Source: Nitrososphaeraceae archaeon
GTDB lineage: Archaea; Thermoproteota; Nitrososphaeria; Nitrososphaerales; Nitrososphaeraceae
Length of the DNA: 64,000 nucleotides
Reading direction: 5' to 3'
NCBI GenBank assembly: GCA_035297365.1
Contig: DATGZA010000067.1
Span: 1 to 64,000, forward strand
A model generated the notes under the pieces. The model had not been told where the DNA came from. It saw only the letters and a list, made by a program, of their open reading frames with translations, and searched no databases. Positions 50,632 to 62,017 of this stretch are shown here, in pieces; positions within the stretch are counted from its first letter, which is position 1; each line of letters starts with the position of its first letter. A program made the position numbers and the translations under genes.

Positions 50632-51999
50632 TTAAGGAGATAATCTATCAATATCTCTTGGATATAATATAGTATCTCTAATATTATCTACCTTAGTAAT
50701 CGTCATTAATAATCTTTCAAGACCTATACCACATCCTGCATGAGGAGGTACTCCATAATCAAAAATACGCAAATGATAATCAAAGGAATTCAAATTGAGG
50801 CCTTTTTTTTTCATCCTGTTTACAAGAATATCTTTATTACTAATTCTTGTACTTCCAGAAGATATTTCTAAAGAACCATACATTAAATCAAATGACTCGC
50901 AAATTTTAGGATCTGATATCTTTTCTTTAACATAAAATGGTTTCGTAGATGATGGCCAATCCACTATAAAGTAAAATCCATTTAACTTCTCATCTTGAAG
51001 TTTGTTAATTAGCTGTGGTGAGATATCGTCTCCCCATCTAATCCTCTCACCAGATTCTCTTAATCTTTCTATCATATCTGAATATTTGTATCTGGGAAAA
51101 GATTCAGTACCAGTATTATCAATCATTACATTGTTGATTATATTTGAATCTATTTCAAGCTCGGCAATTTCTTTCGAGTTATTTTCCTTTAATGACTTTA
51201 TTACATATTTGATAAATTTTTCCAACATTATCATGATATCATTATAATCCACAAAAGCTTTTTCGATATCTATAGAAGTAGCTTCAGATAAGTGTCTATT
51301 TGTACGAGAGGGTTCTGCCCTAAAGATAGGACCTATTTCAAAAACATTCTCAAAAGATAGTGTCAATTGTTCTTTGTATATCTGAGGACTCTGTGCCATA
51401 AATGCTTCTCTGTCATAGTAAAATATTGGAAATAATGCTGTACCTCCTTCAGATGCTGTGGCAATAATCTTTGGAGTGTTAACCTCTATAAATCTTTCAT
51501 TAGCTAAAAATTCTCTAGTAAATTTTAGTACAGAATCTCGAATAATAAAAATATTTTGTAGATGTTTTCTTCTGAGATCAATAGCTCTAAAGTCTAATCT
51601 TGTATCTATACCAGCTGGATCCTTATGTTGAATCATAAATGGAGGCGCTTTAATAGGAATAGAAAATATTTTAAGTTCAAGCGGCATTATCTCTACACCG
51701 TTTGGAGCTTTTTTCTGTGATATTACCTTTCCACGAATGGCCATAGAAGTATGTTCCCTTATTTTGGATATTTGATAATATATATCGTCTGAACATTGTC
51801 CTTTTTTAGCTATAACTTGTAAATCTCCTTCCTTGTCTCTTAACATTATAAATTGAATATTTCCATGATCTCTAACACTTGAAACCCATCCCATCAAAGT
51901 AACAATTTTTCCTTCAAAGGAAGGGTCAATGTCAGAAGAATATTGATTTTTTCTCCATTTTCCCAATTCTTCTTCCTTTAACATTTCATCCAATTTCAA
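50632..51999 (-). CDS. aspS: Aspartyl-tRNA synthetase, archaeal, probably non-discriminating
   Basis: AQSPQIYK, FRAEPS..RHLSE, EISSG, PPHAGCGIGLERL; RDHG and KAP in the anticodon domain; co-transcribed with gatCAB. Confidence 0.95.
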   Translation of the reverse strand: MKLDEMLKEEELGKWRKNQYSSDIDPSFEGKIVTLMGWVSSVRDHGNIQFIMLRDKEGDLQVIAKKGQCSDDIYYQISKIREHTSMAIRGKVISQKKAPNGVEIMPLELKIFSIPIKAPPFMIQHKDPAGIDTRLDFRAIDLRRKHLQNIFIIRDSVLKFTREFLANERFIEVNTPKIIATASEGGTALFPIFYYDREAFMAQSPQIYKEQLTLSFENVFEIGPIFRAEPSRTNRHLSEATSIDIEKAFVDYNDIMIMLEKFIKYVIKSLKENNSKEIAELEIDSNIINNVMIDNTGTESFPRYKYSDMIERLRESGERIRWGDDISPQLINKLQDEKLNGFYFIVDWPSSTKPFYVKEKISDPKICESFDLMYGSLEISSGSTRISNKDILVNRMKKKGLNLNSFDYHLRIFDYGVPPHAGCGIGLERLLMTITKVDNIRDTILYPRDIDRLSP

Positions 52000-52258
52000 A
52001 ACCTAGATATTGTATAAGATTTATACAACACTAATTTATTTTTTATATAATGTTTTACGGAGTTATTAAAAAATTTAATTATACAATTCATAAATTCACC
52101 AGAAAATTCCTTTTTCCGGCAAAAATTATTTTCAATAAAAGGTAAATTTAAAGTCTTCCAAAATTATTAGTAAAAACTATCTTTAATCACATACTATTTT
52201 TAAAATTATATTTTTTTTATTAGTATAGTTCAAATATCCTTATTCATATTTTCAGATT

Positions 52259-52600
52259 ATGGGAAACAATGAGAATCTACTTCATGTAGATAAGGATTCT
52301 TGGGAAGCAGAAGTGATAAATTCCCAATTACCTGTTTTTGTTGATTTTTGGGCAGAATGGTGTGGTCCATGTAGAATGGTCGGTCCAGCAGTAGAACAAC
52401 TTTCAAAAATTCTAGATGGAAAAGTTAAAATTGCAAAGGTCAACGTTGATGAAAATCAAGAGATTGCTGTAAAATACGGTATCCATTCCATCCCTTCGCT
52501 ATTGTTATTTAAAAATGGAAATGAGATTGCAAGAACGGTAGGTGCGGCGCCTAAAGAAGCTTATCAAAAATTTATTGAAGAATCGCTTGCAAAGAACTAG
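52259..52600 (+). CDS. trxA: Thioredoxin
   Basis: VDFWAEWCGPCR, VNVDEN, SIPS. Confidence 0.95.
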   Translation: MGNNENLLHVDKDSWEAEVINSQLPVFVDFWAEWCGPCRMVGPAVEQLSKILDGKVKIAKVNVDENQEIAVKYGIHSIPSLLLFKNGNEIARTVGAAPKEAYQKFIEESLAKN

Positions 52601-52692
52601 CTACTCTTATTTTCTTTCAATTCATTTCTTAATTTTTTTTAAAATATTTTTCAAAAAGGCATTAATATAGACTATTATATCCGTAGCATTAG

Positions 52693-55440
52693 TTGGGCAA
52701 GAAAGAAATATCTACTCTATTTTCATCCGATCCTGATAAATATTATAGGGTTTCATTATTTGATAGAGTAGGATTCAAACGTCATAAGTGTGTAAATTGT
52801 GGAAAATTCTTCTGGTCTATCTTAGATAAAGACATATGTCCAGATCATGAAAAATATGATTTTATTGGAAATTCTCCTACTACTAAAAGGTTTGATTATG
52901 TTAATGCTTGGAAGGAGGTAGAAAAATATTTCCTATCAGAAAAACACTCTATAGTCAGAAGATATCCAGTAGTTTGTAGATGGCGTGAAGATCTCTATTT
53001 CACGATCGCGTCAATCGTAGATTTTCAAAGAATAATTGGCGATAAAGTTATTTTTGAATTACCATCAAATCCTCTAGTTGTACCCCAAATGTGTTTGAGA
53101 TTCAATGACGTTGAAAATGTTGGGGTAAGTGGAAGACATTATACTAGTTTTTGTATGATAGGTCAAACATGTAATGCGAATATTCCTGGAGGTTATTGGA
53201 AAGATAGATGCATTGAATTAGATTTTAATTTACTTACAAAAGTTTTGGGAATAAATCAAAAAGAGATAACTTTTGTAGAGGATGTCTGGATGGGAGCTGG
53301 AGCTTTTGGATATTCTCTAGAATATTTTGTTCGCGGTTTAGAACTTGGAAACGCTGTATTCACTGAATTTGAAGGAGATGAAAACAATTACAGAATAATG
53401 AAGAACAAAATTATTGACATGGGTGCAGGACTAGAAAGATTTTCATGGATAACTATGGGAACGCCAACAAGCTATGATTGTTGTTTCGGATCTGTTATCC
53501 AATATATGGAGAATCTTACGGGAGCGGATAGAGATAAAGAATTACTCTCAAATTACTTCAAGTTAGTCTCAAAGAACTTTAATGATATGTCTGATTCTCA
53601 ATCCAATAAGATCAAAATTCTAAAACAAATAATTGCTAAAGAAATGAATATTTCATTCGAACAGCTCGACAAAATTGTTTCCCCATATGAGGCAATTTAT
53701 ACTATAGCTGATCACAGTAGAACACTTCTATTTGCTATTTCTGATGGTTCTCTACCATCAAATGTAGGAGGTGGCTATAATTTAAGAATTCTCTTGCGAA
53801 GAATCCTTTCAATAATTGAAAGATTTGCATGGGATATAAAAATTGAAGAATTAATGGATTTACATATAAGATACCTAAAAAATATGTATCCTGAATTAGA
53901 AGAATATCAGAAGGAAGTTCATACAATTCTCAAGTTGGAATCAGAAAGATATAGTAGTACTAGAAACCGCATGAATGATATTGCTAATGATATAAAAAGG
54001 ACACAAAAACAACTTACTGTAGAAGAACTTATAACCTTGTATGAATCTGATGGTATTACACCAGATTTTCTAAAGGAAGTTAAAGTCATAACTGAAATAC
54101 CATCCAATTTTTATGTCAAATTAGCGGAGCTCCACAGTTATACTCAAAAATCAAATACTATGGACCCTTTAAAGGGATTTGATGAACAATTACCTCCAAC
54201 AAAACTGCTATATTATGAAGATCCTCTTATGAGAGATTTTTCAGCCAAAGTCGTTAAAATTATTAACGGAAACTATGTAATATTAGATAAAACAGCATTT
54301 TATCCTAGAGGAGGAGGTCAGGAACCAGATAACGGAATTATATCTGAGTCAAAAGTATTAGAGGTTGTTAAACATAGAGATCTTGTTCTTCATAGATTAG
54401 AAAAATTATCTTCTATTAAAGAAGGTTTGATTGTGAATTGTAGGATCGATTCCAAAAGACGTGATTCTATCACCAAACATCATACTGCGACTCACATATT
54501 AAATTCATCATCAAGATCTAATCTTGGATCTTGGGTATGGCAAAATTCAGCGTTTAAGGATGTGAATTATGGGCGACTTGATATAACACATCATTCTGCT
54601 CTAACTAAAGAGCAGGTAGAAAGGATTGAAAATACTGCTAATGATATAGTCATGAAAAACCTTGATGTTAATATCAAAGAATATGAAAGAGGAGAAAGTG
54701 AACAAAAATTCTCTTTTAGGATATATCAAGGAGGTGTTGTTCCCTCTAACAATGTTAGAATAGTGAATATAAGTAATTTTGATATTGAAGCTTGTGGAGG
54801 TACACACGTTAGTAAAACTGGTGAAATAGGATTAATAAAAATCCTAAAATCAGAAAGAATTCAAGATGGTGTTGTAAGATTGGAATTTGTAGCAGGTCAA
54901 TCTGCAATAAATTTTATTAAAAACCAAGATCATAACATCTCTCTTATCACACACACATTAGGCTCTAGTAAAGAAAGATTGACAGAATCCTTTCAGCGAT
55001 ATTTCTACGAATCTGAAAAATTAAAAACAAAGCTAAAAGTCATTATGAGAAAAATTGCTCCAGTACTTGCACAAAATGTGTCTGATAAAGGGAAGCAAAT
55101 ATCAGATCAAGGTGTAAAGTTATATTCTACTTTTGATGTTGAATTAGATGAAGAATATCATATTGTTATTGGTGAAAAATCCATAGAATTGGATCCCCTT
55201 CTGTTATATATATCTCTGATATCTAAAGAAAATGGAATACGGGTAATAGTGTTCGTAGGTGAAGAAGCAAGAAGATATGGTTATCATGCGGGCAAAATTG
55301 CCAAGGATTTTTCTGTTAGGTTAGGAGGTTCTGGTGGAGGAGACTCTAAATTTGGACAAGGAGGAGGCAAATTTAAAGATAAAATTGATGAGATAATTAA
55401 TTTAGCAGAAAGATATGTTAACACTACTGAAATAGGTTGA
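52693..55440 (+). CDS. alaS: Alanyl-tRNA synthetase
   Basis: CLRFND..VG.SGRH, GLELGN, IDMGAGLER, ADHSR, HTATH and CGGTH editing domain, GGSGGG C-Ala. Confidence 0.98.
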   Translation: MGKKEISTLFSSDPDKYYRVSLFDRVGFKRHKCVNCGKFFWSILDKDICPDHEKYDFIGNSPTTKRFDYVNAWKEVEKYFLSEKHSIVRRYPVVCRWREDLYFTIASIVDFQRIIGDKVIFELPSNPLVVPQMCLRFNDVENVGVSGRHYTSFCMIGQTCNANIPGGYWKDRCIELDFNLLTKVLGINQKEITFVEDVWMGAGAFGYSLEYFVRGLELGNAVFTEFEGDENNYRIMKNKIIDMGAGLERFSWITMGTPTSYDCCFGSVIQYMENLTGADRDKELLSNYFKLVSKNFNDMSDSQSNKIKILKQIIAKEMNISFEQLDKIVSPYEAIYTIADHSRTLLFAISDGSLPSNVGGGYNLRILLRRILSIIERFAWDIKIEELMDLHIRYLKNMYPELEEYQKEVHTILKLESERYSSTRNRMNDIANDIKRTQKQLTVEELITLYESDGITPDFLKEVKVITEIPSNFYVKLAELHSYTQKSNTMDPLKGFDEQLPPTKLLYYEDPLMRDFSAKVVKIINGNYVILDKTAFYPRGGGQEPDNGIISESKVLEVVKHRDLVLHRLEKLSSIKEGLIVNCRIDSKRRDSITKHHTATHILNSSSRSNLGSWVWQNSAFKDVNYGRLDITHHSALTKEQVERIENTANDIVMKNLDVNIKEYERGESEQKFSFRIYQGGVVPSNNVRIVNISNFDIEACGGTHVSKTGEIGLIKILKSERIQDGVVRLEFVAGQSAINFIKNQDHNISLITHTLGSSKERLTESFQRYFYESEKLKTKLKVIMRKIAPVLAQNVSDKGKQISDQGVKLYSTFDVELDEEYHIVIGEKSIELDPLLLYISLISKENGIRVIVFVGEEARRYGYHAGKIAKDFSVRLGGSGGGDSKFGQGGGKFKDKIDEIINLAERYVNTTEIG

Positions 55441-55447
55441 GAAAAAT

Positions 55448-58400
55448 ATGAATTTTAATGAATCTGAATCAAAGTTAGAATGGAATCAAATAGAAACAAA
55501 ATGGAAGTCCAAATGGAATGAGCAAAAACTTTTTGAAACAGATCCCGATGACAACAAAATAAAAAAATATTTCATTACCGTTGCTTTTCCTTATCCAAAT
55601 TCTCCTCAGCATATAGGACATGGCAGAACATACACACTAGCTGATGTACATGCTCGTTATATGAGAATGAAAGGAAACAAAGTCTTGTTTCCAATGGCTT
55701 TTCATTATACTGGTACCCCCATTTTGGCCATGTCAAAAAGAGTGATATCTGGTGATAAAGATCTAATTCAAACTTTTAAAAATATTTATAATGTTCCAGA
55801 GGAAATTATCAAAACTTTTTCAGATCCTGAAAAAATAGCAAGGTATTTTCATAATGAAATTAAGCTAGGAATGCAAGATATGGGATATTCCATAGATTGG
55901 AGAAGGGAATTCACAACTATTGATAAGTTGTATTCTAAGTTTATTACCTGGCAGTTTAAAATATTACAAAAAAAAGGATTGATCGTCCAAGGATCACATC
56001 CTGTAGGGTGGTGTCCTAAAGATAATAACCCCGTCAGCCAACATGATACAGTTGGTGATGTAGAACCTGAATTTAATGAATACATTTTGATAAAGTTCAG
56101 ATTATCGAATAGCGAAATTTTTCTTCCAGTTGTAACATTAAGACCAGAAACAATTTTTGGGGTTACTAATTTATGGATAAATCCAGATATTGATTATATC
56201 GAGATAGAAATTGACCAAGAAAGATGGATTGTAACCAGAGAAGCCACAAAAAAGTTAGAATTTCTTAACCATAATATTAAAATTTTAAATGTTGTAAGTG
56301 GAAAAAATCTGATCGGTAAAAATGTCATTAGTCCTATCTGTGAAAAGAATATCCAGATCTTTCCTGCAAATTTCGTTTTACCTGATACCGGTACTGGTAT
56401 AGTTATGTCTGTACCTGCTCATGCTCCATTTGACTATCAAGCAATAAAAGACCTGAAGAAAGATCCACATATCTACAAAAAGGAGCTAAACTTGAATGAA
56501 ATACAGCCAATCAAAATTATACAACTCAAGATTACTCATACTGAAGATAATAATAAAAATCGATCAGAATACGAGAACAAAGACTTGATATCATCTCCTA
56601 CAGTTTCAGTTGAAACAGTGATCTCAAAATATGGTATAAATACTCAAATGGATCCTGCTCTAGAAAAAGCAACAAATGATTTGTATAGTATTGAATATTA
56701 TAAAGGTATAATGTTACCTAATACAGGTATATATTCAGGAATGGATGTCAAAGATGCCAAGGAAAAAATAAAAATATTACTTTTTGCTAAAAACCAAGCA
56801 GAAATATTTTATGAATTTGTAAATCAACCTATCACATGTAGATGCGGGAGTGAATGTGTTGTAAAATTATTGAATGACCAATGGTTCATTAATTATGGTG
56901 ATACAGAATGGAAGAATAAAGTTCACAATTATATTGATTCTATGAGTATAATTCCTGAAGAACTAAGACAGGAATTTCATAACGTCGTTGATTGGCTAAA
57001 AGAGCGGGCATGTGCAAGAAAATCAGGATTAGGTACTAAACTTCCTTGGGATCGCGAATGGATTATAGAAAGTCTCTCTGATTCGGTGGTCTATATGGCA
57101 TATTATACTATCTCGAAGTTTGTTAATAGTGAAAACCATTCATTAAATCAATATATTGATGAAATAGATGAATCCTTCTTTGATTTTATTTTATTTGGTG
57201 TAGGAGACATCAATGATATTGAAAGACGATGTAAAATTGATAAATCGTTACTAGAAAAACTACGAAAAGAATTTATCTATTTTTATCCTGTTGATTGTAG
57301 ACATTCAGGACGTGATTTAGTACCTAATCACCTATCTTTTTTTATTTTTAATCATGTAGCTATATTTGAGAAGAAATATTGGCCCAAGCAAATGGTCATA
57401 AATGGTTCTGTACTTATGGAAGGTAAAAAAATGTCCAAGTCACTAGGAAATATAATTGCAATTAGAACAGTTATCCAAAACTATGGAGCAGACACAATAA
57501 GATTATCTATCCTTATTTCTGCTGAACTTCTTCAAGACGCCGATTTCTCATTTGAAACAGCGAAATCCATTCGGTCTAAGCTATATGACCTATATAATCA
57601 AGCTCTTGATTCGTCCTACAAAAGCTCTGTAGATAAAACATTTATTCAGAAATTACAGGAATTTAAATCATCTATCAGGAATGATCAATTTGAAGATTTT
57701 TTATATTCTTATCTTGAAGAAAAAGAAAATTTTCTTGAATTAGAAGATAAATGGATGATAAATAAGTTACAGAGGTTCATTCATAATGTTACTGAATCCA
57801 TGGAAGCTTTAAGAGTACGAGAAGCATTGCATCATTTGTTGTATGTTTTTGATCAGGATATTCAATGGTATAAAAAATGGTCACTTTCAAAAGGAAGAGA
57901 GGAAAACCATTATGTCAATATTATTTTTTTACTTTCTATGTCTTTAAGAATAAAGATGCTTTCTCCATTCGCTCCTTTTATTTCAGAAGAAATTTGGGAA
58001 AAATTTGGTAATAAGAAATCTATTAATTTATCAAGGTGGCCAATTGTTCATAAAGAAAAAATTGATCCTCTTGTGGAAGAATCAGAAGAATTTATCAAGA
58101 ATCTGATAGATGATATTAACAAAATAATCAAGATAACCAAAAAGATCCCAAGTACAGTTTATATTTATTGTTCTTCAATTAAAAAACAAATAATATATAA
58201 TCAAATTTTAGCATCTATAACAATAGAAAACCAAACAAATTTTGGAAATATCATGAAAAATCTTATTAATAATCCTGAAACTTCTGAAGCTAAACATGAT
58301 CCTTCTTTAGTAAAGAAGATAATTGAAGATATTCTATCAGCGTCTGCAGAGTCGCGAAGTAATAGATTACAAATAAAGGTATTAGATGAATCTTTTATTA

Positions 58401-58552
58401 TTGAGGATGGTAAGGAGTTAATATCTACAGAAATAACAAAAAACAATCCTGTCAAGATTATTGTTTATTCAGAGAACGATCCACAAAGATTTGATCCAAA
58501 ACAACGATCAAAATTTTCAAGACCGTACAAACCCGCAATCTATTTGGACTGA
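55448..58552 (+). CDS. leuS: Leucyl-tRNA synthetase (archaeal type)
   Basis: FPYPN..HIGH, TLRPET, GTGIVMSVPAHAPFD CP1 domain, WIIESLSDS, KMSKS. Confidence 0.98.
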   Translation: MNFNESESKLEWNQIETKWKSKWNEQKLFETDPDDNKIKKYFITVAFPYPNSPQHIGHGRTYTLADVHARYMRMKGNKVLFPMAFHYTGTPILAMSKRVISGDKDLIQTFKNIYNVPEEIIKTFSDPEKIARYFHNEIKLGMQDMGYSIDWRREFTTIDKLYSKFITWQFKILQKKGLIVQGSHPVGWCPKDNNPVSQHDTVGDVEPEFNEYILIKFRLSNSEIFLPVVTLRPETIFGVTNLWINPDIDYIEIEIDQERWIVTREATKKLEFLNHNIKILNVVSGKNLIGKNVISPICEKNIQIFPANFVLPDTGTGIVMSVPAHAPFDYQAIKDLKKDPHIYKKELNLNEIQPIKIIQLKITHTEDNNKNRSEYENKDLISSPTVSVETVISKYGINTQMDPALEKATNDLYSIEYYKGIMLPNTGIYSGMDVKDAKEKIKILLFAKNQAEIFYEFVNQPITCRCGSECVVKLLNDQWFINYGDTEWKNKVHNYIDSMSIIPEELRQEFHNVVDWLKERACARKSGLGTKLPWDREWIIESLSDSVVYMAYYTISKFVNSENHSLNQYIDEIDESFFDFILFGVGDINDIERRCKIDKSLLEKLRKEFIYFYPVDCRHSGRDLVPNHLSFFIFNHVAIFEKKYWPKQMVINGSVLMEGKKMSKSLGNIIAIRTVIQNYGADTIRLSILISAELLQDADFSFETAKSIRSKLYDLYNQALDSSYKSSVDKTFIQKLQEFKSSIRNDQFEDFLYSYLEEKENFLELEDKWMINKLQRFIHNVTESMEALRVREALHHLLYVFDQDIQWYKKWSLSKGREENHYVNIIFLLSMSLRIKMLSPFAPFISEEIWEKFGNKKSINLSRWPIVHKEKIDPLVEESEEFIKNLIDDINKIIKITKKIPSTVYIYCSSIKKQIIYNQILASITIENQTNFGNIMKNLINNPETSEAKHDPSLVKKIIEDILSASAESRSNRLQIKVLDESFIIEDGKELISTEITKNNPVKIIVYSENDPQRFDPKQRSKFSRPYKPAIYLD

Positions 58553-58555
58553 AAT

Positions 58556-58789
58556 CTATTTAGATCCATATCTTTTATTTTTTATTGATATGTATATCGA
58601 TGATATCATATATAGACTAAATCCACTTATCGTCATTATTAATCCATACAGAGAAAGAGCTCCTCTCTCTTGATAATACCCTATCCCAAGAAGTAATGCA
58701 CCCATTATTAAGATTCCAATTCCAGCTCTTGCAGAACCAGACATCTCGATTTTATTTTTCAATAGTGCTAGAATATTGATTTCTCTCAA
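58556..58789 (-). CDS. Small two-TM membrane protein
   Basis: Two hydrophobic helices and a basic C-terminus. The start may be the ATG at 58744. Confidence 0.65.
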   Translation of the reverse strand: MREINILALLKNKIEMSGSARAGIGILIMGALLLGIGYYQERGALSLYGLIMTISGFSLYMISSIYISIKNKRYGSK

Positions 58790-58821
58790 TATATTTTTAT
58801 TTTTGATTTAATCTAGATTTT

Positions 58822-59853
58822 GTGTTAATGAAAATTGCTGTGGTTGGTATAGGAGTAGCCGGAGCCTATCTAATGAATCAATTTAATGATACACACGACA
58901 TTCAAATTACTGGATTTGAACGAATGAAAGAAGAAGAACATGATGCAGTTTGTGCATGGGCGACATGTAAGAATGTCATGGTAAATTACGCAAAAAAATG
59001 TGGTCTTAATTTCGATGATTATATTCTACATGATGGAAAAAATATGAGGGTCGACCTGAATGAAGACACTCATGTTGATATAGGTTTAAGAGGAATGATC
59101 AGTTACGATAAATTAAAACTTATACAAGATATGGTAAAAGGAAGTGAAATCCATTTCGGTAAAGCTCCAAAAAAAGAAGTATTAGAATCTGAATTTGATC
59201 TGATAATTGATTCGACTGGTTTTCACAGAAATTATCTTCCAAGGTTGGATTATGAGATGTGGATCCCCTGTGTTCAATATAAAGTCAAGTATGAAAATAA
59301 CAATCTCCCGTTTGATGATTTTTATCTTAAAGGCTTTCCTTCAATGTCAGGTTATTTCTGGTATTTTCCTTTAGGAAATGGCTATGCTCATATAGGAGCA
59401 GGCGATTTTACCAGGAAAAACCATAACCTCTTTTTGGAACAATTTCTCAAACAATACAAGTGTCATATTATTAAGAAAAATGGCAGACCAGTTAGAATAA
59501 GCCCTCCTTCAAAATCAGAACCATTCAATGATGGCATAAAGACAATTGGAGTTGGAGAATCAATAGGAACCGTATATCCATTGCTTGGAGAAGGGATAAT
59601 CCCATCTACAATATGTGCAGATCTCTTTATAGAAAACTACAACGATTTCGAATCATATCGTAAAAAAGTTTTGAAATATTTCAGTATTTATTCTCTGGTT
59701 TTCAAATTTATTATAATGAAGATAAGAGGAACTTTTAATCTCGTAAAGAATTCTTATGATCTGCTACGTATTTATAATCATATGAAAAATAACGAGGATC
59801 GTTATGGAATGAAAATCAAAGTAATAGATATGATGAAAGTCGCGAAAGTATGA
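58822..59853 (+). CDS. FAD-dependent oxidoreductase, geranylgeranyl-reductase-like
   Basis: VVGIGVAG Rossmann motif, IIDSTG, GYFWYFP, VGESIGTVYPLLGEGI. Confidence 0.85.
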   Translation: MLMKIAVVGIGVAGAYLMNQFNDTHDIQITGFERMKEEEHDAVCAWATCKNVMVNYAKKCGLNFDDYILHDGKNMRVDLNEDTHVDIGLRGMISYDKLKLIQDMVKGSEIHFGKAPKKEVLESEFDLIIDSTGFHRNYLPRLDYEMWIPCVQYKVKYENNNLPFDDFYLKGFPSMSGYFWYFPLGNGYAHIGAGDFTRKNHNLFLEQFLKQYKCHIIKKNGRPVRISPPSKSEPFNDGIKTIGVGESIGTVYPLLGEGIIPSTICADLFIENYNDFESYRKKVLKYFSIYSLVFKFIIMKIRGTFNLVKNSYDLLRIYNHMKNNEDRYGMKIKVIDMMKVAKV

Positions 59854-59920
59854 TTATTTGTTAGTATTTTCAAAATATTCTATATTATTTCTCTTTTATA
59901 AATTTTCGTCACAGTTATAA

Positions 59921-60388
59921 GTGATTCAAAATAGTTTAATAATGATGAGCGAAGACCCCAACTCCCAAAGAATAGCTATTGAACAGCGTATAAACGAACT
60001 AGCTCAACATTCTAGGACTTTGGAACTCTATCTTAATGAGATAATTGGAAGGGAAGTTACGGTTACAAAGTTAATTGAAGAAGCTCGTCTTGCATCTTAT
60101 GCTCTTCAAAATATTCCAGCCGGACAAGAAAATGAAACCTTGATGCCAATTGGAATTGGTGTCTTTATAAAAGCCAATGTTCACTCTCTAGACACCTTAC
60201 TAGTCAATGTTGGTGCAGGGATTACTTTAGAAAAAACACGAGCAGATACATTAAATTATATAGAATCTAGAATGAAAGAATTCGAGATAGCAATAAATCA
60301 ATTAACAAATCAAAAAAGACAGATAACTACACAACTTGAACAAATTCAAATTCAGGTAAACTCCATGTTGCATCAAACATCGTCCTAA
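59921..60388 (+). CDS. pfdA: Prefoldin alpha subunit
   Basis: Coiled coils flanking ETLMPIGIGVFIKA..LLVNVGAGITLEK; upstream of ftsY. Confidence 0.93.
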   Translation: MIQNSLIMMSEDPNSQRIAIEQRINELAQHSRTLELYLNEIIGREVTVTKLIEEARLASYALQNIPAGQENETLMPIGIGVFIKANVHSLDTLLVNVGAGITLEKTRADTLNYIESRMKEFEIAINQLTNQKRQITTQLEQIQIQVNSMLHQTSS

Positions 60389-60439
60389 ATAGAAGTAAAT
60401 ACCTAAAAAAATATAGTAATTTGAATAAGCTGATCCAAA

Positions 60440-62017
60440 ATGTTTGATAAATTAAAAAAAGCATTTTCCAATGCTATTTCGGATATAGGTAAAAAAGAAA
60501 TAACAAAAAAGGATCTTGAAAATACTTTATTTGACCTAGAAATTGCATTATTAGAAAGTGACGTTGCTCAGGAAGTCATCGCTGATATTTCTAATAGCCT
60601 TAAAGAGAAATTATTAGGATTGACTTTAGAAAAGGGTCAAACTGCAGAAGAAATCATTGAGTTAAATCTTAAGAGATCTATTTATGACATTCTTTCCAAA
60701 TCAGGAAGTCTCGATCTAGTAAAGATTATTAAAACAAAAAAAGAAAGACAAGAAGGTCCTTATATTGTAGTGTTTTTAGGAATTAATGGAACAGGAAAAA
60801 CAACTACAGTTGCAAAAATTGCGAATCTTCTTCGCAAAAACGATATTTCTGTTGTTTTAGCTGCTAGTGATACTCATAGAGCGGGAGCAATAGAACAATT
60901 ACATGAACATGCCAAAAGACTATCATTAAAAATGATATATCAACGCTATGGTGCAGATCCTTCGGCTGTTGCAAGGGATGCAGTTGAATATGGAAAAAAA
61001 CATAGAGTTGATGCAATATTGATAGATACAGCAGGGCGAATGCAAACTGCAAAGAATCTTATGGATGAGATTAGTAAAATTGTGCAAGTTGTCAAGCCAG
61101 ATTTAAAAATATTTATAGGAGATTCCCTAGCAGGAAATGACGCTATTTTTCAAGCAACAGAATTCTATTCTTATACAAAATTTGATGGAGCTATATTAAC
61201 AAAGACTGATGCAGATTCAAAAGGAGGTTCAATAATCTCAATTTCATATTTAACATCTAAACCTATTATGTATCTGGGTATAGGTCAGAATTATGATGAT
61301 ATAATTCCTTTTGATCTTGATCAATTTATCGAATCATTATTTAGTTCCACACTTTCTGCAGAAACCAAAAAAACTACTATAAATACAAATTCTAGTCATC
61401 ATGATATAAGAAAAGAGTTATCAGATCAAAAACCAACAAAAACTTTAGACAAGGAGATTTATTCAGAAGAAATTGTTAAAAATATTACATATAGTTCTAA
61501 TTCAAAAAATGATTTATCTGTTGATAAATCTTCATATGCATCTAAATCTGAAGGATTTGTTACCGAACAACAAACACACAACCATCAAATTCAAAACAAT
61601 GAGGAAATAACTGGTAAAAAAACAGAAAATGATAAAAAAACAGAAAAAGAAAATAACATCTATAAAATTTCTGATTCTGTTAAGAATGAATCGTGTGACA
61701 AGGAGTTAGGCAAAATATCTGAAAAAGAATTTTCCAAAACTATAAATGAATATGATAAAAAAACCGATCAGCTTGAAGAAAAGAAGAATAAAAAGAAAAG
61801 TTTTTTATCTATATTTGGAAAACGTAAGTCTGCAAGTTCTGAAATTCATCAAGTACAACGTAACAACGAAACAACTGAAGTCAAATCCATCTTAAGAAAA
61901 AATGATGATTTTGGTAAGGATGACAAAGATAAAAAAAATGATAAGAAAAACGAAAACACAGAAAATGATGTGGTATACCTTACAGACGATGATTTAGATG
62001 AAATACTTAAGGAATAA
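60440..62017 (+). CDS. ftsY: SRP receptor FtsY with long C-terminal extension
   Basis: LLESDV, GINGTGKTTT, DTHRAGA, DTAGR, TKTD, GIGQNYDD, then ~220 aa of charged low-complexity tail. Confidence 0.97.
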   Translation: MFDKLKKAFSNAISDIGKKEITKKDLENTLFDLEIALLESDVAQEVIADISNSLKEKLLGLTLEKGQTAEEIIELNLKRSIYDILSKSGSLDLVKIIKTKKERQEGPYIVVFLGINGTGKTTTVAKIANLLRKNDISVVLAASDTHRAGAIEQLHEHAKRLSLKMIYQRYGADPSAVARDAVEYGKKHRVDAILIDTAGRMQTAKNLMDEISKIVQVVKPDLKIFIGDSLAGNDAIFQATEFYSYTKFDGAILTKTDADSKGGSIISISYLTSKPIMYLGIGQNYDDIIPFDLDQFIESLFSSTLSAETKKTTINTNSSHHDIRKELSDQKPTKTLDKEIYSEEIVKNITYSSNSKNDLSVDKSSYASKSEGFVTEQQTHNHQIQNNEEITGKKTENDKKTEKENNIYKISDSVKNESCDKELGKISEKEFSKTINEYDKKTDQLEEKKNKKKSFLSIFGKRKSASSEIHQVQRNNETTEVKSILRKNDDFGKDDKDKKNDKKNENTENDVVYLTDDDLDEILKE

